A DNA stretch of 64,000 bases from Mizuhopecten yessoensis. Its lineage: Eukaryota. The stretch is from the NCBI RefSeq assembly GCF_002113885.1, contig NW_018480078.1, forward strand, positions 2,448,749 through 2,512,748, read 5' to 3'. Of the stretch, positions 24,951 through 38,104 are shown in pieces (within the stretch, counting starts at the first letter, position 1; every line of letters begins with the position of its first letter). Both the position numbers and the translations under genes were made by a program. The notes below the pieces were generated by a model. It had not been told where the DNA came from. It searched no databases and was given only the letters and a program-made list of their open reading frames with translations.

Positions 24951-25368
24951 GTCTGGACCTGTGCCAATACTTGCCAGAAAACAACATCAATTCACTAGTT
25001 TTACCCCTCCATCACAAAGGATCAATTTTTGTCAAAACACAGTCAACAATCATGATCCAGAAAGGGAAAATGTTTCTGATTGAAACAGAAGAAAGTCTGG
25101 CAATGATTTTTGCTGGTTTCCAATTCTAATTGTTTCTGCATTGTTTTGTTTTAGTAATTTTGTGAATTAAACAAGTAATGAACAGTAATGGTAGAAATGT
25201 CAGCATTATCTAATATTATGTGTTGTATTGTATGTGTTCACTTAGTAAATAATATATCACATTGAGTCTCCACAACATGTTTATTTATCTAACTTTAGTT
25301 TGTTAATTATCAAATTTTTAAATGAAAACAAGCTGTTTTCTTTTTTTTAAACATGAAAACTGACTTAA

Positions 25369-25559
25369 TATCCCGTCTTTGCGTATTGCAGAGTTATCTT
25401 CTCTTGTGAGCAGGTATTGATTGTTATGTCATTTGTTTGTGAGAGTAACGTCATCAATTTTTGAGAAAACGACGTAATTTTTCTCACACAAACCAATGAC
25501 GTAACAATCAATACCTGCTCACAAGAGAAGATAACTCTGCAATATGCAAAGACGGAATA
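25369..25559. mobile_element. About 190-bp palindromic MITE (second copy)
   Basis: Near-identical to 18201-18389. Confidence 0.88.
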
Positions 25560-26029
25560 GAGTTAGATAAACATGATTATCTCTGGTCAATAATATATCG
25601 GCAATTTTGATAAAAAAAAAAGTTTACTTAGAAGAAATGATTGAGGCACAACATCCATAAATGGTTTTAACTGGCCGGTACATTTTAGTAATTCAGTTAA
25701 CTTATTTTTTTAATTTTTTTTTTTTAAATATAATACCTTTTGTCACAAAGTTTCTTTTAAATACATTTTATTCATAAATTTACATACATATTCATGAGTT
25801 ATAATACACGATTGTTATATTGTAATGTTGCATTGTTGTGGAAAGTTACACATGTACTTGCATTTTATTATTACAAATGTTAGTGATCAGTCTGCCAGAC
25901 ATTGGTCACATTTTATCTTTCTCTTGTGTTTTGTCTTTACATCATTTTTTTTATCTCATGATAAATATGGTTATATTTTGATGTTCAATATGTTGATGTT
26001 GAAAATTTAACATCTATACTTATTTCTAA

Positions 26030-26480
26030 TTTTTAGCTCACCTGGCACTTCATGCCAGTAGTGCTTATGGTATGGTGTGTTGTCTGTCAACTTCTTCTTA
26101 AGAACTGGAAAACCTAGGGCCATGATGTTTGGCCATCAGGTACCTGGGATGGAGTACTATAAAGGTTTCCTCAAATAAATGGCCTTGACCTACTTTCAAG
26201 GTCACAGGGGTTTAATATGTAAAAAACTTAAAACAACTTCTGAATAACCAAGAGGCCTAGAGGAATGATTATTGACTAGTAGGTACCTGGGACAGAGAAC
26301 TATAAATGTCCCCAAATAAATAACATTGACTTCCTTTCATGGTACCAGGGGTCAAATATGTGAATACTTCTTCTGCAATACCGGGAGGCCCTGGGTGATG
26401 ATACTTGACTAGTAGCGTGCTGGGATAGAGTAATATAAAGTTTCATTTAGGCTGGAACATTCTGAGGCCAAGGAGACTCA
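26030..26480 (+). mobile_element. Degenerate HINE-like element
   Basis: Starts ttttagctcacctgg and has repeated cores (aggtacctggga...actataaa...ttgac). Confidence 0.5.
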
Positions 26481-27880
26481 ATATATGGAAATGTTCCCAA
26501 TTGTACTTTTATTGAGAATATTTTCCCATGAGTGAAACACAGCATTTATCAGTGTTTCTTTCAACCTTGCAATAGTTACATACAACACTTGATTTGAAAA
26601 GAAGTTTGAGGTGAAGGGTATATTCATCCCCAACATTTCACAATGAACTATTCCAACCTTTGAATTTGAAGAGTTCAAATGTGTTTTCAGGGGTGGATGA
26701 GCTAAAGCAGTACAAGTTAAGAACCACTGCTGTGCCCTGCAAATAAATAGTATTAATTTTTTTTTTAATGGCAATTTCTTTGAAATGGTTTGCGGAGCAA
26801 TGTTAACCTACCATTTTTATATTGCCCATTTTCGATTTTATTCCACATTCAAGACTTGCTTGATCTTTCTGATCAAAATTTATCTTCAAAATTTATAACC
26901 AAACTTGACCATCACCGAGCTGATAACTTGAAGTAAAAATACAATAATGTTTATGAAACATTGAAACTTTCTTGACAACTTATAAATTTCACTTATGTTT
27001 TTGTTATCAATATTTGCCTGAAAAGTATTTCTAAATAACTTGTCTCCAATTTTGTTTTTATTAATTTAATTTTGAAACTACCTAGTACTGGAATAGTGTA
27101 AATTTTCACATTTTTTTTTTTGCATTATGTTAATTATCCACATTAGAATCTTTATTGATGGGTTATAGATAGACGGAATATATGTATTGATGGGTTATAG
27201 ATAGACGGAGTATATGTTTTTCAAACCCATTGCCAATGCAAGGGTTTCCACGACAGGATAATTTTAAATTGTCACAACGCGAATATTTCCACATGCGAAA
27301 ATGTCCATTATATTAAAGTATATATTTGCTTTAATTGTTATGTACAATTGCAAAAAAAATGCATTATGACAGAATGATCTTAACTTGTAAATTGCGAGTC
27401 GATTGCTTTTATGAAACTTTGCAGCATTAAGTCCTGTTTTATGTGATTTTTATTTTTATTTTTTTAATGTTTTATGTGTATACCAGTAGAGTTGTTTGTG
27501 ATGTAATAAATGCTTTTATTATCAGTAGACTTTGTTGTGGTCATTTAGTTGTTCATAACAAGAAAGATTGGTCCAAGCAGAAATTTGCCTAAAAATAATT
27601 AATGCTATGTAGCAGTAAAATTCCATGAGAAGCTATGTGGTTTTGAAAGTGTGCTTTCCAGCACAAATGTAAAATGGTTTCTCCATTCCAAGTATAAAAG
27701 GAAATTTACACTTTTTAGTCTGTGCTTGTAATATATATTCAATAGTCGAGGAACACTTTCAGAATTAACATTTATGCTTAAGCTTTAAGGTAACAGCTGT
27801 TTTAGGGTTTAGAAATAAGGACAGGTGTATTGTGTTCCGTTAACAATAATCTTGTTACTGTTTCAAATTAACAAGATACA

Positions 27881-28237
27881 CATCCTCGACTCTCCAGGGA
27901 TCACGCTCACTAAGCTCTCTACACCCCTGGAATATGTCATAGCAAAATCAAAGGCTCGGTGTGCCTCACCTTGTGGATGAGACGGGAAGACTAGTCCTGC
28001 TCCTTTGATTAACATTTCAAGAATCTCACCGACGCCTCAAGGTAGAATTGACTGGCTTTGAATTTGGGCATCGCTCCTCTAATCTTCTAAGGACAGGTAT
28101 ATCAGCCTAGCCATTTGTCAGTTTTTATTTTACCCGAGACCAATCAAATAGCTTACTGCATGCCTTCAATTTTGCTACGACATATTTCAGGGATGCAGAG
28201 AGCAAAAGTGAGCTTAACTCCTGGAGTATCAAGGATG
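27881..28237. mobile_element. About 357-bp copy of the CATCC...GGATG Mutator-like family
   Basis: Long imperfect TIRs and an interior homologous to 57671-58052. TSD not recognisable. Confidence 0.8.
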
Positions 28238-28769
28238 TGCATTGTGGTATGGTGCTCATGATTTACATTTTGTGAAGAGCACCATATTGTTTTCCTGTTG
28301 TATCATTTTAGCCCCGATTGTATACCTACAGCATGTAACTGTACCAACAATAATAGTCCATGCATGCTTGGGAGAGGGAGTGTTCTATCCTGAAGATGGC
28401 AGCTGCTATTCTGTATGTTCTCCTTTGGAAACTTGTTGTGTTCAATTCTTTCCATATTTCGTGATTCTGAAGAAGTGATTTGCTTACCACCGAAGGAAAA
28501 TGAAGCCAAATGAGATAACAGAATGCAGAATGTAAGATATTATCAAGGATTTTATTACCCAAGATGGGCTGCAAAGATTTTCAATGATAGTCATAATAGT
28601 CATAACATCTAGTAATGTATTAATATAAACATAATTGTGATTAAATGATTTTTATAACCTTATCCCTGTCTATAACATGAACTGAAATCACTTATATTTC
28701 ACAAAAAGAAAAATGACTTTGTTTCTCATCAAGTAATTTGCAAGTATTATGAATCCGAAGACAATAACA

Positions 28770-28775
28770 TTTATT
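28770..28775 (-). terminator. Candidate poly(A) signal for Rho terminal exon C
   Basis: AATAAA on the minus strand followed by GT/T-rich sequence. Confidence 0.4.
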
Positions 28776-29379
28776 AAATCATATTTAAAATACATGTTTA
28801 TGAAATAATTGATCTAATTTACGGAAAGTATATCGTCAAATATAAGTGATCAACAGGACCTGTAGACAAAAAAGATGGACACAAAGAAAAAATGCAAATA
28901 CAGATAAATAAAATGTGCTTACATGTGTAAATATCTGAAGCAAAATATTGATGTGGTACATACAACCTATGAGCATACCAGTTTTTGTATATATTATACT
29001 CGTCCTCATTTTACAGAGTGTTGACGAAAATGTCATTTTATAATATAAAGTTAGTTCAATGTTGAAATGAAATTTAACTTGAAATTATAAAGATCTTTCG
29101 TGCCTATCCATTACATGTATATTGGAAACTAGCCAATAAGGTTTCACTGCTGTTCAAATCAGTGTATATTTATAAGGTATGTAACAAATTCAAGTCAAGT
29201 TAGTCTATAATATGAAAACAGAAGATTTTTGTGAATGTCAAAAAGTCAGAAATAAACATGAATATTAGAAACTACAGTCCATGTGCTTTTTGAATGGAAG
29301 AAGTCAAAATATAACGATTCTATTAATATTACCAGTAAATAGTTTATGTGTACACAGAGGCTTAATAATACATAATTAA

Positions 29380-29810
29380 TACATGCACAGGGACTTGTTC
29401 CAGTTAACAGTATACATGAACACAGGAGCTTGTTCTAGTTAACAGTATACATAAACACATGGGCTTGTTCCAGTAATTTTGAACACAGGGGGTTGATAAA
29501 ATAAAAAGGACTTACACATGGACTTGTTCTAGTAAACAGTATACATAAACACAGGGGATTGTTCGTGTTATTGGTGTACACAGGAGATTATTCCTGTAAG
29601 AGTTAATGTGTACAGAGGTTTGATAAAGTAAATAGTACATGCACAGGGGCTTGTTCCAATTAACAGTAAACTCAAACACAGGGGCTTGTTCCTGTTTACA
29701 GTATACGTATACACCGGAGCTTGTTCCAGTAAACATAATACATCAACACAGGGACTTGTTCCAAAAAAAAGTGTTAAACATGAGCTTCTTCCAGTAAATG
29801 GCATACCTAA
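29380..29810. repeat. Degenerate about 40-bp tandem repeat downstream of Rho exon C
   Basis: Recurring acacaggg(g)cttgttccagt(t/a)aacagtatacat. Confidence 0.7.
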
Positions 29811-31086
29811 ACAGAGCTTGACCTAAGTTGTTGCAGGTAAATCCTTCATTCTTGTGTGAATAAAGCACTATTTTTTTTTATAAACATGTCATAATACTGT
29901 TTAACCCTTTCACCACTGAAGACCATAATGGACTCATCCAGATCAATGCATGGTAGAGTCTGCTAAAGTTACATAGGGGTGAAACGGTTATGTTTGATTT
30001 GCATGCATGTATGTTCATGCCTTTTAACATTTTTCAAAATGTTTGATCTGTAGCCCAACATGACTGGTATATATGGGACCATTAAATGCTAGCTCTATTA
30101 CTGATTCTGTTCTGGGTTTTTTTAATTGGTGTTCATTTACAAATCAAAATCATATGTTACAAATGCTTGAAATTAACATCCAAAACCTTGTCATTTGGTC
30201 TGCTAGAAAATAATGTTAAATATTATTTTCATATCCAAAATGCCTCATCTGGAATGAAAACTAGATAAAATTAGTTCTTAAGAGAAAACAACGACCATCT
30301 GCACAATACAAGCATTGTGGAATCGTTTATAATACAGTAGACACATAAACAACACCTAAAAACTATACAAATCGGACGATATTCCAGAGTCAGAACTCGA
30401 AACACCTGACCTAAGCCTGCAACACACATCTAACATTGTTCTCCCTGATTTAAAAGCTTATATATGACAGGATTTCAGCATGTTTACATATTCCAGTATA
30501 CAGCTGGGCAGTAAAGGACACTAGAGAACACTAATTTGGCCGATTCCTGATGGGGTCACCCGGAGTGGACCTTTAATCTGCAAGTGTTGAGTGACCCGAG
30601 GTTTAATGAAACAATTCCAATTAAAAAACGTGTTCAAAAACGTATCATGCAGAGAAGTACAAATATGTATCATTTTGAATCAATGGGCATTCATTTAAAT
30701 TCCATACCTAATCATTTCTTAATGTTTTGAAAAATAAATAAACAATTTTGACTAATCATACAACAAACGTAATTAAGACATAACTTTCTTTCCAAAGAAT
30801 GAAAAAAAACCTATTAAAATATCACCAATATATGACAATAACCTGTGAATCCCGCCCATCTGTACAGAAGTCAAGTAACATGATAAACACATGACTCAGC
30901 CTCCATCTGACCATTACAGTACAGGTATATATAGGATGACGTGGTAGCCTTTCAAGAAGATTAGAATTATACATATAGTGACACTGTTATGCCCAGCATA
31001 CAGTTTAGATGAAGCTTGTTGAATGTCTGTACATCATCATTCAATAACATGTTCACTACCAAGCATAACATATAATTACTGAGTTG

Positions 31087-31509
31087 TTATAGCAGCACAC
31101 AGCCACCACGCTTCTTTTTCTTCGTTTGAAGAGCTGCTCTGGTGGCTGTTTCAAATACTCCCCGCACCCCCTCTTTGGTTTTAGCCGAGCATTCCAGGTA
31201 TCCAAATGCATTGATTTTTTCGGAGGTGGCTCTTCCTTCTTCTGGGCGGACAGGTTCTTGTTTCATCTTCATTAGCTCTCGTTTGGTCTGGTCGTCATTT
31301 CTTAGATCTTTTTTATTTCCTACAAGAATTATCGGAACACTTGGACAAAAGTGCTTCACTTCAGGTGTCCATTTTTCTGGGATGTTCTCCAAACTGTCGG
31401 GGCTGTCTATGGAAAAGCACATGAGAATGACGTCAGTGTCTGGGTAGGACAGGGGACGTAATCTGTCGTAGTCTTCCTGGCCAGCAGTATCCCAAAGGGC
31501 TAGTTCAAC
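31087..31509 (-). CDS. RHOA: RhoA/Rho1 alternative terminal exon C (residues 53-192, ending [12 protein letters not shown])
   Basis: cttcag|GTT acceptor, phase 0. Contains [31 protein letters not shown] and a CAAX box followed by a stop. Confidence 0.95.
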   Translation of the reverse strand, partial: VELALWDTAGQEDYDRLRPLSYPDTDVILMCFSIDSPDSLENIPEKWTPEVKHFCPSVPIILVGNKKDLRNDDQTKRELMKMKQEPVRPEEGRATSEKINAFGYLECSAKTKEGVRGVFETATRAALQTKKKKRGGCVLL

Positions 31510-31821
31510 CTGAAGATAGTCCATAAAATGAAGTTTGACACATGAACAAGTTTAAATGATATTTTTATTAGCTGCAAACTATCTCAAACATGCTCTTTTG
31601 GCAATGAAACCCTCTACGAGCTATCATATAATTGTAATAATTTGATTCTTAACATCTTCTTCTAAGTTAAAACTGAGTTAATGACATATTGTGCAGAAAA
31701 CATTATTTCAAGTAGCCTTGACCTTAAAACCATAAAACTACAATCCCAATCAAGTGCTTACAGACTGTTAATTGTGCAGAAGATAATCTGGAAGGCAAGA
31801 TTGATAGATGGACAGTAGTTT

Positions 31822-32850
31822 AAACAAGAGATCCCAAAGGGATCTTGGCACCCACCACAGTACCATCTTCATCAGTTCTGTGTCTGATATTTACTCTTAT
31901 CTGTTCGATCAGTTTGCCTATCTGCCATCTTAATAAATCTTTTGATCAACCTCAAAGTTAACATGCACAACTCAAGACCACTGAGTGAAGGGGAACCTAC
32001 GTATCAAATTTGAGAAAAATTTCTCCAGTTAATTATGAGAAATAGTGATAACAAACTTTAACTGTAACAAGATGGCCGATATGGTTTGATATGCATAACT
32101 AAGAACAAGAGGAACCCTTATGTGAAATTTGAGAAAGACCTCTCCAAGACTTTTTGAGCAACAGGGCTAAAAAAATGTTAACTCCCAATTTCAATAAGAC
32201 CACCTGCCAGCCATTTTGGTTTTCCAATCATCCCCAAAATTCGAAATGCGGAACCATTGGGAACCGAATGAAATTTGAGAACGACCCCTTCTGAACATTC
32301 TGAGAAATTATGCTAACAAACTTTCATTGTCATATTCAAGATGGCCATCTACTGACGCCATTTTGGTTTTTCCCTATTGTCCCAAAATATAATATGTGTA
32401 ATTAGGTGTGATGGAGAACCTTTGTTTCAAATTTGTGGAAGACCCCTCCAGAACTTTCTGGAAAACAGCGCTAACAAAACTTACTCTCAAATTCAAGATG
32501 GCTGCCTGTCAGCCATTTTGGTTTTGTGATCAGTCCCAAAAAATTATATGCATCACTAGGGATCATGGGGAACATTAATGTGAATTTTGAGAAAGATCCT
32601 TCAAGTAAGTTCTGGGAAATAGCGCTAACAAACTCTTACTCTCAAATTCAAGATGGCTCCCTGTCAGCCTTTTTGGTTTTGTGATCAGTCCCAAAAAACG
32701 ATATGCATAACTAGGGAACATGAGGAACCTCCATGTGAAAATTGAGAAAGATCCCTTTAGTACTTTCTGAGAAATAGCGCTAACAAGAATTGTTTTAGGA
32801 CGGGCGGACGACAGAAGCAGGGTGATTTTGAATCGCTCACCATATGATGA
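31822..32850 (-). mobile_element. HINE-like element with tandem cores, opposite orientation
   Basis: Terminal hairpin aacaagagatcccaaagggatcttgg, repeated tcaagatggc...gccattttggttt cores, and a ggacgggcggacg microsatellite. Confidence 0.65.
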
Positions 32851-33379
32851 TTACATGGATGCTGTGGATTCCGAAGGTGACCTGCTGCTGATGAAATTGA
32901 AGTTATGATAGTTTTTGTCTTAAGCCTTTCATAAACTGATAATTTATAATGCTGTCACCCCTCAAGGTAAGCTTCATGTTGGCACCGTTCTTTTTAAAAT
33001 GGATGTTGTTCTGTTTGTTATTTTCACAAGAGGAAATAAACAGAATAATTATAGCAAGGCATCAAAATTGATACAAAGGGATTTGTGTGTATAATTTGTT
33101 ATGATTTCTTACCTTGTGACGCAGAGATTTACCAGGTAACACATTTTTTTTAACTCTTATGATAATACGTTTTTTAATTCTATAAGCACATCTAAGCATT
33201 TTCTTTCCCAATTAGCAGCAAAGGAAATAATATCAACCTACAAATGATGGAAATGTTGACAAACCTTTATCAGCATATTAACATGTATTTTGTAAGTGAA
33301 ATTTTCTTCCAATTCAGCTGCAGGCAAGAAAATCAGTAAAACTTGTGGATTATGCTTCCTCAAAAGAACTGGCAAAGCG

Positions 33380-34270
33380 TGACCTGTGGCGCACACAGAC
33401 CCAATATTAAAGTGGCACATGACAAATCACCCACCCATCCTATAGATCACTCATAATCAACTTTCATTTAGCTACCTTCATAAAGTCAGAAGCTATGGCT
33501 CGGAAAATATGTTTCACCTTTGAACTCAATATGACCATTACCTTGGGCGTACAGACCCAAATGTGGTTTGCGACACACATGACCATCCTACATTTAGACA
33601 TTAAATTTCACTAAGATATCTTTGACAAGTTAGAACTTATGGCCTAGACAATTAAACTTGGCTTTGACCTCAATGTAACCCCACCTCTAAATCTTTTGCG
33701 TACAGAACCAACTGTGTTTGCTACACACTGCCTAGCCATCCTACATATACTCCTCAAGTTTCATAAATTTACTTTCAGTTAGTCAAAAGTTATGCCCTAA
33801 ACATTGAATTTGACCTTTGACCTCCATGTTACCATGATCTTTGGTGTATATGGAACCAAATGTGGTTTGCGACACACAGCCTCGTCATCCTACATTTATT
33901 GCTTAAATTTTATTGATCCATCATGATCACCATGAAGTCAAAAGTCATGGCACCAACAATTAATATCACTTTTGACCTCAATGAGGCGATTTCCTTGGGT
34001 GGAAGGATAAAATTGTTTTGCGACACACCGCTTCGTCATCCTACATAATTCCTAAATTTCACTGAACTATACTACAGCAAGTCAAATTTTTAGACATGAC
34101 CTTGACCTCTGACTACAATTTGACCTTGACATTGGGGGAACAGATCCTAGAGTGGCATGCGACACACTCCCTTATGCCATATCCTTAAAATTTCACTGAG
34201 CTGAATTATTCAGCAAGTCAGAAGTTATGGCCTGGACAAACAAAGACGCTTCTTTATCTCCCAAAACATT
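33380..34270. repeat. Degenerate tandem cores (tgaccttga / gcgacacac), probably HINE-derived
   Basis: Repeated gtttgcgacacac...catcctacat...aagtcagaagttatggc. Confidence 0.55.
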
Positions 34271-34838
34271 GTTGGGGAACATACAAGAGCTGTAAAACAT
34301 TTTTCATCAGTTATTTCCAAATCTGTAACATATGGTTTAAATTTAAAAAGTTTATTATAATAATCCTGAACAGTCCACTTGATAAAACATTGTTCTTATA
34401 GGGATGCTACATCAGTGTAACGTAGAGAAACTGGGAGTTTTTTTCCCCGGATTGGGATCTATTAAGATTTTTTCAATGATTGAAAGTCACAGCAATTTAT
34501 CTTCAGGTTTATGTCAACTGCAGCCTTCATATATTGCACTACACATCTTGTGTAGGCAATGCAGCTACAATCTCAATGCCATTAAGTTTTCTTGAATGGC
34601 TTCAAAGTAAATTTTGTACTTAACTTTTGACCAACCGACGGAGGTGATAACCTAATTACAGTTCACTGAACACTTTCAGAAGGTGGTGCATTTGTTCAAC
34701 AGTCTAAAAGTTACAACCAGGACAGGATTTCACATGGAGAACCAGTACTATTCAAATACCAAATGTCTCCGCTCATTTAAAGGAAAGACTAGTCAACAAT
34801 TATCATATATGAAAGATAATTACAGGTTTTTAAAGAAG

Positions 34839-34912
34839 AAAAACATTTTTTCGAAAAGCCATGCATGTCAGAGTTGACTCCAACATGCATGGCTTTTCGA
34901 AAAAATGTTTTT
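34839..34912. repeat. Perfect 30-bp inverted repeat with a 14-nt loop
   Basis: aaaaacattttttcgaaaagccatgcatgt / acatgcatggcttttcgaaaaaatgttttt. Confidence 0.92.
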
Positions 34913-37171
34913 GGTAGCCTAAAATAATTTTCTGCACTTAAAATAACACGAAATTTGATTAAGATTCCTGTAACAATGTTAGAATAAGACAGTGACCTTT
35001 GTGAATGGTACCAGTTTTATGACAAACAATCCTAATACACCTCAGACCCCATGGATATCCCATCGGCTGCCCATTTCATATAATAAAACATGCTTCAGGT
35101 AAAGTGATGTCAAATGGAAAGGTCCCAGATTATGCCATATCGATTAGGTAATGTGATAATTATATAATGTTGTATAGGTTTTGAAGCATGGTAGATTCTT
35201 TTGATGACAACGCCAAAATAACAAAAACTGATAAACCAAACCTGGAAAATATTCTATTTTTAAATGTTTCGACACAAATTCATCCCATCACTTTGTCATC
35301 ACGGGCATTATTTTGTAGGAAAATGTATGTTATGCTTGTTGCAACAAATCAAACATGTAAAGTTCACAACATGCATATAATAAACCAGGTGTGATTGCAA
35401 ACGAGTAATAGCTATGTACTTTGAACTTTGCCTATGATAAGTATTTAACACTATATAAATACGATCTGCCCTATGCTATCATCTTAACACTGTACTTGTG
35501 TTTGTAGATCAAGTCCACCTCGCGCCTTAACAAATGTGTCGTAAACAGGAACTGCAAACATAAAAGTAGCTTGGTTTAATCCTAGCTACCAAGTGTAGGA
35601 TACCTATACACTCCTTTTAATACATTACAACAAGTCCATATTTCAGTAAGATCTTTTTATTATGTTTAGAATGTAAAATTGATCAATTCTATCATTTTCT
35701 CTTGGATTATACAGCTTTTGAGAAGAAATGAACACGTCTACACATTCTTGCATGTTGCCTGCTCACATCTTAACAGAGTGAACACTTGTGATGATATATT
35801 TATCTAATGAACAGTACTAATTGATGACTTACAACTATAGAATGTAAAAGCAAGACATTTTCAAAATTATCTTTTTAGACTTTGTGTGTTTTTTTTTTAT
35901 ACAACTAGGTTGGCTTTCACATACATTATTTTTATCTAGTTTACTGTCATTTGTCAATGCCCGATTGGATGATTTGGCACACCTTTTGACCTTTATCTTA
36001 TTAATCTACCTGCATTAAGTCTGTATGACTTGCCACATTTGTATCACCTATTTGATGTTAAGAAGCACCAGGTATTTCTGCACATTGCATATCAATGTTT
36101 CATAAAAAAGATACACAAATATCGTCGAACAAGGAAAACAACTTATGATCAATACTGAATCCATTTTGTGAGTTATGAATTCACAAACCAGAGTTCAGTT
36201 AACCATATTTAGTTATCCCAATGAGACTCTACAATTTACGCGTACAATACCCCCGGCCCCTATAGCTAGTCGGAGACAACTAGTCAATATTACTACTGGG
36301 ACACTAGAAAAGTTTGTTAATACACAAGTTTTATCTAGGGAAGTCAGAAAACCGAGTCCGCTCTGCATCTTAGTTGGAAAGCATAAAGCTGTATGAAGTA
36401 CGTACATGCACACACTATTGTGTAGCCTGATACAACAAGATGAGAAACCTACAACTGGTCACAACTTGCAAGCCATACTTTATACTGGTCTAATATCTAC
36501 ACAAGTTGTCTAGTGATTTGACATTTTATCATAATCTCAAGAGTAAAATGATAACGCATAGACGTCAGATTAAGCACAAAATACATATTGACATACATTT
36601 TCTCTAGATCTATGGATATTTGAAGATTTTTTTTCCCTTTCACCTCAATTTGTTAAATTTATTCACTTTATAGGTTATGCATTGGTGGAACTCGTACAGA
36701 ATATTTTCTTTTTCCTATGGTAGTTATTTCTAGGTGTACCTGCCCATTATCTATAATATAATGTACAGTGAAAGACCTGGGATTATGTTACCCGATTGAT
36801 GTATGACAATTTCGTACATTTCTTTTTTAACCAATGCACAACCAGTGTTTACATTATATATCTGCAGTGTGACGAAAGTACAATAAAACACATATAGGTA
36901 CGATGAATGAAAGCCAATTATCACTTATAATAATATGAATGTCGGGAGTACAAGAATAATCTTACTGATATATAGCATAAGATATACTAGATCATTAATA
37001 AGTTTATAATAATAAAAGTTTACAAATGTACATGACATATACTACAAACACAGCGATGGCAGGTTGACCACTGACAAGAAAACCTCGTCACAATCACGGA
37101 TACATGTACCGCATTCACCCAAATCTAGACCATGGAACTGCAGCATTTAGATTTGGCAACGGTAGGTTGTG

Positions 37172-37177
37172 TTTATT
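37172..37177 (-). terminator. Candidate poly(A) signal for Rho terminal exon B
   Basis: AATAAA on the minus strand about 500 nt after the stop. Other sites are possible. Confidence 0.3.
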
Positions 37178-37681
37178 CAAAAGTAAGATTTAAATGTAAA
37201 TGGGGGCTCTAGACCATATCACAATTTCACCTGCGACTCGAGGTTTGACACGCCAATGGTCAGACAACCAATCAAAGTTTGCTCATCTGTGCATACATAG
37301 TGCATCAAAAAAGTTCCATCCCCCTGTTTTTTTCATAGCTCCAGTCAATGACTTGTATGGAAAACATACTACCTGCCTTGCTACTGGACCGACAAAAACA
37401 AATATTTAACAGATTCCTGTCTATGTATAGTCAAGTCTTTAATTTGTTCATGATTATTTATGAAATTTTTTAAGACAAGATCTCCAACTTGCACAGGTTT
37501 GTTAGTTTGTTTTAAAAGAACACTAATTTGGTCTGTTTTCTGAGTCTTTCACACGAAAAGCTGCAGAACATTCTTTATGTGTACACACAGTTTGGGAATG
37601 TACTGCCATGACATTGCTATTCATACAAGACTCGCCACAGATATCGAGGGGTGCCACATAGAAAGGTCCATAAAGTATAGT

Positions 37682-38104
37682 CTATAGCAGTCGACACATT
37701 TTTCTATTCTTCTTCTTCTTTTGTAGAGCTGCTCTGGTGGCTGTTTCAAATACTTCTCTTACTCCCTCCTTGGTTTTAGCTGAGCATTCTAGGTATCCGA
37801 AAGCGTTGATTTTTTCTGCAATACCTCTTGCATCCTCTACTTTGACTGGTTCTTGTTTCATCTTCATTAGCTCTCGTTTGGTCTGGTCGTCATTTCTTAG
37901 ATCTTTTTTATTTCCTACAAGAATTATTGGAACACATGGACAAAAGTGCTTCACTTCAGGTGTCCATTTTTCTGGGATGTTCTCCAAACTGTCAGGGCTG
38001 TCTATGGAAAAGCACATGAGAATGACGTCAGTATCTGGGTAGGACAGGGGACGTAATCTGTCGTAGTCTTCCTGGCCAGCAGTATCCCAAAGGGCTAGTT
38101 CAAC
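37682..38104 (-). CDS. RHOA: RhoA/Rho1 alternative terminal exon B (residues 53-192, ending [12 protein letters not shown])
   Basis: ttgtag|GTT acceptor, phase 0. Intact ORF with DTAGQ, NKKD, ECSAK and CAAX. Confidence 0.95.
   Translation of the reverse strand, partial: VELALWDTAGQEDYDRLRPLSYPDTDVILMCFSIDSPDSLENIPEKWTPEVKHFCPCVPIILVGNKKDLRNDDQTKRELMKMKQEPVKVEDARGIAEKINAFGYLECSAKTKEGVREVFETATRAALQKKKKNRKMCRLL

Noticed and set aside
31159-31161. Gly in GVRGVFE of exon C, where A and B have Glu
   Set aside because: A single-base difference that cannot be distinguished from a polymorphism or sequencing error here.
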